Shown here in pieces: positions 1 to 6,705 of a DNA stretch of 18,537 nucleotides; within the stretch, counting starts at the first letter, position 1, and the number at the start of each line of letters is the position of its first letter. This DNA comes from Cyanobacteriota bacterium (GTDB lineage: Bacteria > Cyanobacteriota > Cyanobacteriia > Thermostichales > Thermostichaceae): positions 1-18,537 of the forward strand of contig JANRIL010000043.1 of NCBI GenBank assembly GCA_033764955.1, read 5' to 3'. The position numbers were made by a program, and so were the translations under genes. The notes beneath the pieces are model-generated. The model searched no databases, was not told where the DNA came from, and saw only the letters and a list, made by a program, of their open reading frames with translations.

Positions 1-120
1 ATGCCACGCGATACCAACTCTGGAGTTCTGATCAAAAAAGTGGGGTTGGGCATCACCTCACTCAAAAAAGCTCGAAGAACTTTGGTTCGGAGAGAAGCCC
101 GCGCTCTATGCGAAGCATGA
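1..120 (+). CDS. tnpB: C-terminal fragment (5'-truncated by window edge) of IS200/IS605-family RNA-guided endonuclease TnpB
   Basis: Frame 1 reads MPRDTNSGVLIKKVGLGITSLKKARRTLVRREARALCEA*. RDTNSGVLI matches the TnpB RuvC-III motif (xRDxNAAxNI), followed by the usual basic tail that overlaps the element's right end. Confidence 0.8.
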   Translation: MPRDTNSGVLIKKVGLGITSLKKARRTLVRREARALCEA

Positions 121-138
121 GCGTCGGGAGTATGTCAC
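1..138 (+). mobile_element. IS200/IS605-family element, right end (subterminal hairpin plus TCAC terminus); the rest lies upstream of the window
   Basis: Hairpin CCCG-CGCTC-t-ATGC-[GAA]-GCAT-GAGCG-t-CGGG (98-128), preceded by GAAG and followed by AGTATG-TCAC (TCAC at 135-138). This is the typical cyanobacterial IS605 right-end layout. Confidence 0.8.
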
Positions 139-160
139 GAAGCACGAGCTAAGGGTTTGC

Positions 161-517
161 CTAGGCTACCAAGGATGCGGAAAGAGAGGCAGAGGCTGCT
201 TCCGATTCGCTGATCACTTGGTCTTTGATCAAGTTGGCTAACTCTTGCAGTTGGCGGATGGCTTCTGCTCCCTCTAGCTTCATTAACTCGCGGTCATCCC
301 GCATTTCCGTCCAGGTGATCGTGCATTCAGAAACCAAAAAGCGGATCAGGTGACCTTCTCGCATACTCACCATGAAGGAGGCACTCTCAAATTTATCTCC
401 ACAGGTGTAGCAAGATGCCAGGTGTCCGCGTCGCTCAAGCACGATAGCGAGAGCCTGTAAGCTCATCACCAAGTCTTGAATGTAGTCGCGGTATTGATCC
501 GCTAGGCGTGTAAACAT
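161..517 (-). CDS. DUF1815 family conserved cyanobacterial protein
   Basis: 118 aa; DLVMSLQALAIVLERRG, ASCYTCG, SASFMVS, LIRFLVS and TWTEMRDDRELMKLEGAEAI are characteristic of DUF1815. AGGAGG ribosome binding site at 524-529 on the minus strand. Confidence 0.88.
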   Translation of the reverse strand: MFTRLADQYRDYIQDLVMSLQALAIVLERRGHLASCYTCGDKFESASFMVSMREGHLIRFLVSECTITWTEMRDDRELMKLEGAEAIRQLQELANLIKDQVISESEAASASLSASLVA

Positions 518-1047
518 TTCACTCCTCCTTTCCTCTGACCCATGCTAACCTAAAAAGCTAACAAGTAGTAATTTATGCTTATTCTAACAACGCCTTAATA
601 CTTTAAGTGTGCCCCTCCTCCCCAGTCAAGCTGTCACTCGTTCATAGTAGAGAGGAATTGTCCTGAGGAAATGTAGTGGATAACACCCTTTAGCGCAGGG
701 ATCCTCCCCCTCCGGGACTGAGCAGGCAATAGAAGCATTTTCAGGTGCGGATCCCTTTTGTCTGACACTATTGAGGATATCCAGGATCCTTTCTGGATAG
801 GCAATACAGGCATTTTTTTGCTGAGCCAATTGACAATTATTGCAGATTGTTTCAAATGTTGAGGATTGATGACTTTTGCCGTGAAATGGATGCAAAAACA
901 TAGGGAAATGGTAACCCTAAGCACAACCGAAAGCCTGCCATTCCCCACAAACGGGAGGAGTCAGAGGAGAAGAAACTTTGACAATAAAACGCAGAGGATC
1001 TTGCTGAATAGGGCACTCAATCGGAGGGATCCCCTCTCCACCCCTGC

Positions 1048-2439
1048 CTATTTCGCGGAGTCACCTTCAGGGTCTGCCTGGGTATTGGCCAGTAAAAGTT
1101 GACGTAACTCCTGACGCAGTGAGTTCATAGGGATCCGCTCCAGCACTTCTGCCGCAAAGGCATAGGTCAACCAACGATGGGCGGTAGCGGGATCAATGCC
1201 GCGACTTTGCAGATAAAACAGTTCGTCTTCATCCAGTTGACTGACCGTAGCCCCATGGGCACATTTGACGTTATCCGCCAAGATTTCCAGTTGTGGTTTG
1301 GTATCGACTCGCCCTTGGGTAGAGTGCAGAAGATTACGGTTGGACTGAGCGGCTTCGGTCAGTTGCGCCAGCGGGCGAACCCGAATATGACCACGGAAAA
1401 TGGCATGAGCCTGATCGGTGACGATGGTTTTGTGTAGGTGTTGACTACTGCCATAGGCGGCTTGGTGATCAATCTGGCTAAAGGTATCCCCCACCTGCCG
1501 CCCTTGCATCAGGGTTAAGCCACTGATCAACGACTGGGCTTGCTCGGCGGTTTGCTCAATCTCTAGGGTATGTCGGGAGAATTGGGATCCCAAGCTGATC
1601 GCTTGTCCTTGATATTGACTACCCTTAGCCTGGGAAACCGCCGTTTTACCCAGATGAAAGGTTGAGAGGCTCTGCCGTTGCAGATAAGTGTGATTGAGGA
1701 CAGCGGACTCGGCCAAGACCAATTCACTAACACTATTGCAGAAGCTGGTGACGGATGCCTCTGAAACATAGTCCTCGACTAGGGTAAGGCGACTCCCCTT
1801 GCCCATCCGTACCATCAGGCGAGGCTGAGTGATGACGGCAGTTTCGGTGGAGACACCTGGTGAACGTCCTAGGGTGGGATCCGTCAACCAGAGCAGGTGG
1901 AGGGGCTGGGCAACTTCCACATGGTCAGCGACGGTGATCTGGACAAAATCTTGGCAGCAGGCAGTATTAAGGGTGGTAAAGAAGTCCGGCTGAGCGAAGC
2001 TTTTTTGCAAGAGGCTGTCTGAGTGGTCGCTATCCAGATCAGAGCCAAAATGCAGGCTGATCCCCGGCGGGAGGTTATCCAGATAGCCGTTGTCAGCCCT
2101 CGACAAGCCGTTCACCACCACCAGCCACACACTTGTTAAGGGAGAAGCGAGGAATGAGGCCATTTTTTCTGAGGGCAAATCAGAAGATTGGCAACGATGG
2201 GTAATTGGCTGAAAGCGATGAGACCATAGGGCAGAAAGATCGCTGTATTGCCAGTCCTCATCCCGCAGAGAGGGAATAGCCAACTCGCTCAAACGACGAA
2301 GAGCCTTTTGTCTGGTGAGGGAGGTGTTAAAGGGAGTAGAGCATACATCTTGTTCGGCCAGTTGATAGACAGCCAATAAGTCCTGTAAAAAGCGGCGACT
2401 CTCTAGATTTTGCTGACGAGGAGAAAGGGAAGCAGTCAT
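1048..2439 (-). CDS. sufD: Fe-S cluster assembly protein SufD
   Basis: EDWQYSDL near the N-terminus; beta-helix region; [36 protein letters not shown]. Overlaps the sufC stop by 4 bp (ATGA). Confidence 0.96.
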   Translation of the reverse strand: MTASLSPRQQNLESRRFLQDLLAVYQLAEQDVCSTPFNTSLTRQKALRRLSELAIPSLRDEDWQYSDLSALWSHRFQPITHRCQSSDLPSEKMASFLASPLTSVWLVVVNGLSRADNGYLDNLPPGISLHFGSDLDSDHSDSLLQKSFAQPDFFTTLNTACCQDFVQITVADHVEVAQPLHLLWLTDPTLGRSPGVSTETAVITQPRLMVRMGKGSRLTLVEDYVSEASVTSFCNSVSELVLAESAVLNHTYLQRQSLSTFHLGKTAVSQAKGSQYQGQAISLGSQFSRHTLEIEQTAEQAQSLISGLTLMQGRQVGDTFSQIDHQAAYGSSQHLHKTIVTDQAHAIFRGHIRVRPLAQLTEAAQSNRNLLHSTQGRVDTKPQLEILADNVKCAHGATVSQLDEDELFYLQSRGIDPATAHRWLTYAFAAEVLERIPMNSLRQELRQLLLANTQADPEGDSAK

Positions 2440-3224
2440 CCTGCCACCTCCGCTATGTCCTCATCCCTGACCCAGGCATAGCCACGGGATTCCAGCTCGA
2501 GGGCCAGTTCTTTGCCTCCCGTCGTCACAATTTCCCCCCCCTCCATGACATGCACATAATCGGGGATGACGTAATCCAAAAGACGCTGGTAGTGAGTGAT
2601 CATAAGGATGCTGTTGGCAGGACTCGCCAATTGGTTGATCCCTTGCGCCACGATCCGCAGCGCATCGATATCTAGCCCCGAATCGGTTTCGTCCAAGATG
2701 GCCAGGGTAGGTTGAAGAATCGCCATCTGCAAAATTTCGTTGCGCTTTTTTTCACCCCCCGAAAAGCCCTCATTCACATTGCGTTCCAAAAAACTAGCAT
2801 TCATCTGGATAATGCTCAATTTTTCTCGCACAAAATCATCAAAATCAAGAGCATCCAGTTCAGGTAATCCCCTTTGCTTTTGGCGAGCATTATAGGCAAT
2901 TCTCAGAAAGTCAGCATTGCTCACCCCAGGCAGTTCGATAGGATACTGAAAAGCCAAAAATATACCAGAGCGTGCCCGATCTTCGGGATCCATATCTAGA
3001 AGATTCTGCCCCTGAAAATAAACTTCTCCGCCCGTCACGGTATAGCTGGGGTGTCCTGCCAAAACTTTTGAGAAGGTGCTTTTGCCAGAGCCGTTTGGTC
3101 CCATAATGGCATGAATCTCTCCCGCTTTAATCTCTAGATTTAACCCCTTCAAAATAGGGATTTGATCTACTTCAGCCGTTAGATTGACCACGGAAAGAAC
3201 GGTGGGGCTATGATCACGAATCAT
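2436..3224 (-). CDS. sufC: Fe-S cluster assembly ATPase SufC
   Basis: Walker [55 protein letters not shown]. Confidence 0.98.
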   Translation of the reverse strand: MIRDHSPTVLSVVNLTAEVDQIPILKGLNLEIKAGEIHAIMGPNGSGKSTFSKVLAGHPSYTVTGGEVYFQGQNLLDMDPEDRARSGIFLAFQYPIELPGVSNADFLRIAYNARQKQRGLPELDALDFDDFVREKLSIIQMNASFLERNVNEGFSGGEKKRNEILQMAILQPTLAILDETDSGLDIDALRIVAQGINQLASPANSILMITHYQRLLDYVIPDYVHVMEGGEIVTTGGKELALELESRGYAWVRDEDIAEVAG

Positions 3225-3239
3225 GAAGCTTGAGCATCC

Positions 3240-3883
3240 TTAATAACTCGACGATGACAATTCAACATTTAAGAGATGCTCCTGGCAGGCTGCAAAAATT
3301 TGCCATAAAACCCCCAGGAGCATAAGTGTATCACTCAGGGCATAAAGCGTGGCTCATAGACATCGCCCCCTGTCGTTAACTTATAGAACTGCCATCCCAC
3401 TCTATTGGTGACAATACCATAGGTATCGACAACAGGAGAATGATGGCGATTTATCCAGCTACACACTTGCATGGCTGGCAAGCATTGAGATAGACCCTGC
3501 TCAAAATCATCTCGCTTTGCTTCAATAATAGAGAGAAAAGGAGTTTCTAGATATTCCCGATCATCCGCTAATAAATAATCGGGACTGCCACAGAGATGAT
3601 CGCTTTGAATATAGGCTCCTTTCCAGATTTTGAGCCTATCAAACTTTTGGATACCTTCTTGTAAGATAGCATCAATCAATAGCTCTTTAGACTTTTCGGT
3701 ACTTCTTAAATCAAACCTGTGGAGACGGATCAAATGTTCAGTCAAAAACCGAATAGGATTCTGGGGCTGAACTGGCAAAGTCCAGGGGAGCAGCTTTTGG
3801 ATCCCCAAATGCTTGAAAGCCTTTTTGAGATCAAAGCTAGAAAGGTTCTTTTTTTTGTGAGATAACTTACGAGAAGAGTTCAT
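3240..3883 (-). pseudogene. Frameshifted cyanobacterial hypothetical protein with a PD-(D/E)xK restriction-endonuclease-like fold, lying between sufB and sufC
   Basis: ORF 3335-3883 has PDYLLA...IIEAKRDDFEQGLSQC...YGIVTN.VGWQFYKL. After VYE, a shift of frame at about 3351 continues TLYALSDTLMLLGVLWQIFAACQEHLLNVELSSSSY* to TAA at 3240-3242, which resembles the family's usual C-terminal helix and ends 15 bp before sufC. Could also be a sequencing error. Confidence 0.68.
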
Positions 3884-3929
3884 GGTCTATGAATAGGTTC
3901 AGGGGAAAATCTCAGGTAAACTATATGCA

Positions 3930-5372
3930 CTAGCCTACACTCCCCTCCAACTTGAGGCTCAACAAGCGATTGGCTTCTACGGCAAATTCCATAGGCAACT
4001 GATTGAAAACATCCTTGCAAAAGCCATTAATAATCATGGAAACGGCATCTTCTGACGAAATTCCCCGTGACTGAAAATAAAAGATTTGTTCCTCGCCAAT
4101 TTTGGAAGTAGAGGCTTCGTGCTCCACTTTGGCAGAAGCATTTTGCACTTGAATATAGGGAAAGGTATTCGCCGAACAATCGTTGCCAATCAGCATCGAA
4201 TCACACTGGGAATAGTTCCGGGATCCCTGGGCTTTTGCTCCCATCTTGACTAACCCGCGATAGCTATTGTGAGAATGTCCGGCGGAGATGCCTTTGGAAA
4301 TAATGGTGCTGCGGGTGTTGCGACCAATATGCACCATTTTGGTGCCCGTATCGGCCTGTTGATAGTGATTAGTTAGGGCTACCGAATAAAATTCTCCCAC
4401 CGAATGATCCCCGACCAACACGCAACTGGGATACTTCCAAGTAATCGCGGATCCGGTTTCCACCTGCGTCCAAGAAATCTTGGAATGGGATCCCTGACAA
4501 AGACCCCGCTTGGTGACAAAGTTATAAATTCCTCCCTTGCCATTTTCATCCCCTGCATACCAATTTTGGACAGTGGAATATTTGATCTCAGCTCGATCCA
4601 AGGCTACCAATTCCACAACCGCTGCGTGCAGTTGGTTCGTATCAAACATGGGAGCGGTACAACCTTCCAAATAACTTACCGAGCTAGCTTCATCAGCGAT
4701 GATCAGAGTTCGCTCAAACTGTCCAGATTCTCCGTTGTTGATCCGGAAATAAGTGGATAGCTCCATCGGACAAGCTACACCCTTAGGGATATAAACGAAG
4801 GAGCCGTCACTAAAAACCGCCGAGTTAAGTGCAGCAAAATAGTTATCTGCGATTGGCACCACACTGCCCAGATATTTTTGAATTAGTTCGGGATAGTTAT
4901 GCATCGCTTCAGAAATGGAGCAGAAGATCACCCCCTGCTTGGCCAATTTCTCGCGAAACGTGGTGGCTACCGAAACACTATCAAAAATGGCATCCACTGC
5001 CACATTGACATTAGCTAAACGTTTCTGTTCAGAAAGTGGGATCCCTAGTTTTTCAAACGTTTCTAATAGGATGGGATCCACCTCATCCAGACTCTTTTTT
5101 TTCTCCGTAACTTTGGGAGCGGAGTAATAAACAATATCTTGATAGTCAATGGCCGGATAATGCACATTTGGCCACGTTGGTTCGACCATTTTGAGCCACT
5201 GCCGATAAGCCCGCAGGCGAAAATCCAGCATAAAATCTGGCTCCTGCTTTTTGCTCCAAATTAGGCGGATCACATCCTCATTCAAGCCTTTGGGTATGGC
5301 ATCTGATTCGATTTGCGTAACAAATCCGTACTTGTAGGGCTGGTTGACAAGGGTTTTGACAGTGGCAGTCAT
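3930..5372 (-). CDS. sufB: Fe-S cluster assembly protein SufB
   Basis: Start at ATG 5372 ([17 protein letters not shown]), 480 aa; [40 protein letters not shown]-terminal LEGSVG. The longer start at 5438 in the ORF track is unlikely. Confidence 0.98.
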   Translation of the reverse strand: MTATVKTLVNQPYKYGFVTQIESDAIPKGLNEDVIRLIWSKKQEPDFMLDFRLRAYRQWLKMVEPTWPNVHYPAIDYQDIVYYSAPKVTEKKKSLDEVDPILLETFEKLGIPLSEQKRLANVNVAVDAIFDSVSVATTFREKLAKQGVIFCSISEAMHNYPELIQKYLGSVVPIADNYFAALNSAVFSDGSFVYIPKGVACPMELSTYFRINNGESGQFERTLIIADEASSVSYLEGCTAPMFDTNQLHAAVVELVALDRAEIKYSTVQNWYAGDENGKGGIYNFVTKRGLCQGSHSKISWTQVETGSAITWKYPSCVLVGDHSVGEFYSVALTNHYQQADTGTKMVHIGRNTRSTIISKGISAGHSHNSYRGLVKMGAKAQGSRNYSQCDSMLIGNDCSANTFPYIQVQNASAKVEHEASTSKIGEEQIFYFQSRGISSEDAVSMIINGFCKDVFNQLPMEFAVEANRLLSLKLEGSVG

Positions 5373-5520
5373 GGGATCTTTTTGGTTACTCAAGAGTGAT
5401 AATCCCTGAGGTTGTATCCATAGACTGACAGAAAACAAAATCGGAGATTGACAGGAGTAGGCCTGACGATCTTCTGGCTATCGATGGATGATTCAGGGGA
5501 AACAGTGAAAATAACTTTAG

Positions 5521-5534
5521 CAACAAGGTTGTTG
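5521..5534. promoter_or_regulatory. SufR operator site 1 (perfect CAAC-N6-GTTG)
   Basis: CAAC-AAGGTT-GTTG in the sufB-sufR divergent region; matches the established cyanobacterial SufR box. Confidence 0.88.
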
Positions 5535-5560
5535 TTTAAGCTATTGTCAGGTTACTTTAG

Positions 5561-5574
5561 AAACGATCCGGTTG
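5561..5574. promoter_or_regulatory. SufR operator site 2 (imperfect AAAC-N6-GTTG)
   Basis: AAAC-GATCCG-GTTG, 26 bp from site 1; both sites are preceded by ACTTTAG. Fits the known two-site SufR operator. Confidence 0.75.
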
Positions 5575-5715
5575 TCAAAGTCGGGGGACAGGGATCCCGT
5601 GGTTTGACGGATAGAACGGATCTCTCCAAAATTGTCCCTGGTTTCGGGCAAGCCCATCGAGTAACGGGATTTTTTGTGGAGTTTGCTTGTTGTCTTAGCC
5701 TTCGGGAGAAGCCGC

Positions 5716-6381
5716 ATGATCGCCAGTCAGACCACCTCCACCAAGCAGTCGATCTTGCTCTGTCTGCGAAAACAAGGGCCAGCCACCGCCCAAGCGTTAG
5801 CTGAGCATCTGCATATCTCCCCCCAAGCGATCCGTCGCCATCTTAAGGATCTGGAGACAGAAGGATTGATTCACTTTCAGGTGGCGCAGGAGGGGCTGGG
5901 AAGACCTCACCATATCTATCAGTTGAGTGACGCCGCCGCTGAACGTTTTCCGGATAGTTATGACCGGTTTGCGATGGGGTTGCTCAATACCCTCGTGGAA
6001 ACCGTGGGCAGCGACCAGATGGGATCCATCCTCCACAAACAATGGCAGCAGAAAGGTCTGGCCTATCGTCAGGCTTTGGGGTCGGGATCCCTATCGGAAA
6101 GACTACTTAAGCTGGTGGAACTGCGTCGGCAGGAGGGATACATGGCGGAGTGCCAGCCCTACCCTCGGCAAGAGATCCTCAACAGTCAGTACTTGTTAAC
6201 AGAGCATCATTGCGCCATTTCCCAGATTGCTCAAACTTTTCCCACGGTTTGCGGCCATGAATTGGAGATGTTTGCCACGGCGCTACCGGACTGCCAAGTG
6301 GAGCGCATCACCTGGTTAGCGGAAGGCAAAAGCCATTGTGGTTATTTAATCTCGCTCCAATCTCCCCAATCGATAGCCTAG
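5716..6381 (+). CDS. sufR: Iron-sulfur cluster biosynthesis transcriptional regulator SufR
   Basis: N-terminal HTH (ISPQAIRRHLKDLE...GRP) and C-terminal C-X12-C-X13-C-X14-C (EHHCAI...VCGHELEMF...PDC...HCGY). Divergent from sufB. Start at ATG 5716 (MIASQTTSTK). Confidence 0.96.
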   Translation: MIASQTTSTKQSILLCLRKQGPATAQALAEHLHISPQAIRRHLKDLETEGLIHFQVAQEGLGRPHHIYQLSDAAAERFPDSYDRFAMGLLNTLVETVGSDQMGSILHKQWQQKGLAYRQALGSGSLSERLLKLVELRRQEGYMAECQPYPRQEILNSQYLLTEHHCAISQIAQTFPTVCGHELEMFATALPDCQVERITWLAEGKSHCGYLISLQSPQSIA

Positions 6382-6382
6382 A

Positions 6383-6417
6383 AAATCCTTAACCTACCAG
6401 TGGTTATAGGAGGATTT
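6383..6417 (+). terminator. Hairpin immediately after the sufR stop (probable terminator or 3' stabilising stem)
   Basis: AAATCCT-taa-CCTA...TAGG-AGGATTT inverted repeat; only a short U tract. Confidence 0.4.
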
Positions 6418-6505
6418 GATGCAACTTAAATGGGTAAAGGATAGACTTAGCCATGCTGGTTATCCATATTGGCCTTGATAAGGAATGTATCCTGGGGAGA
6501 TTCTA

Positions 6506-6534
6506 TCTGTATAAGAACCTCTGTATAAGAACCT
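6506..6534. repeat. Perfect 14-bp tandem duplication TCTGTATAAGAACC x2
   Basis: 6506-6519 and 6520-6533 are identical, and the period extends to T6534. Confidence 0.92.
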
Positions 6535-6544
6535 AGCTAACACT

Positions 6545-6677
6545 ACGTGACAGCGGACGGACGAAATTTGCTGGTACTGGGTTAGCAGGTATCTGCCGCC
6601 GCTGTACGTTGGCGTTAGGCTGCCTTTCCCCCGCAGTGGACAATTCAATGACACTCTCGACAGCGTAGCCTAACCCC
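6545..6677 (+). ncRNA. Candidate structured non-coding RNA (two adjacent long hairpins), family not recognised
   Basis: Hairpin 1: ACGT 6545-48/6606-09, ACAGCGG 6550-56/CCGCTGT 6599-6605, CGG/CCG, ATTTGCTGG 6566-74/TTAGCAGGT 6582-90. Hairpin 2: GTTAGGCTGC 6614-23/GTAGCCTAAC 6665-74 with inner AGTG/CACT. Five G-U pairs in these stems work only on the + strand. Confidence 0.5.
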
Positions 6678-6705
6678 TCCTTTGACTTGACGCGTGCCGA
6701 TCCCC

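Larger units (their letters stand above)
1..158 (+). ncRNA. Putative TnpB omegaRNA (reRNA), 3' part: scaffold up to TCAC at 138 plus a guide of about 16-20 nt from flanking DNA
   Basis: Inferred from known TnpB biology: the omegaRNA overlaps the tnpB 3' end and right end and reads into the flank. Hairpins at 77-88 and 98-128. The 5' boundary is outside the window and the 3' boundary is approximate. Confidence 0.5.

Noticed and set aside
626..1102. Short ORFs 626-901, 634-948 and 866-1102
   Set aside because: Mutually overlapping, no recognisable motifs and no similarity to SufS; treated as chance ORFs.
5373..5715. Extended starts for sufB (5438) and sufR (5674), and ORF 5448-5804
   Set aside because: Family N-termini begin at ATG 5372 and ATG 5716; the region is the divergent promoter carrying the SufR boxes.
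6545..6677. Identification of the hairpin element as SRP RNA, 6S RNA, tRNA, hammerhead ribozyme, retron ncRNA or IS110 bridge RNA
   Set aside because: No SRP GNRA/AGCAG helix-8 motif, no cloverleaf, no CUGANGA core, and no adjacent reverse transcriptase or IS110 recombinase. 6S cannot be fully excluded without a covariance-model search.
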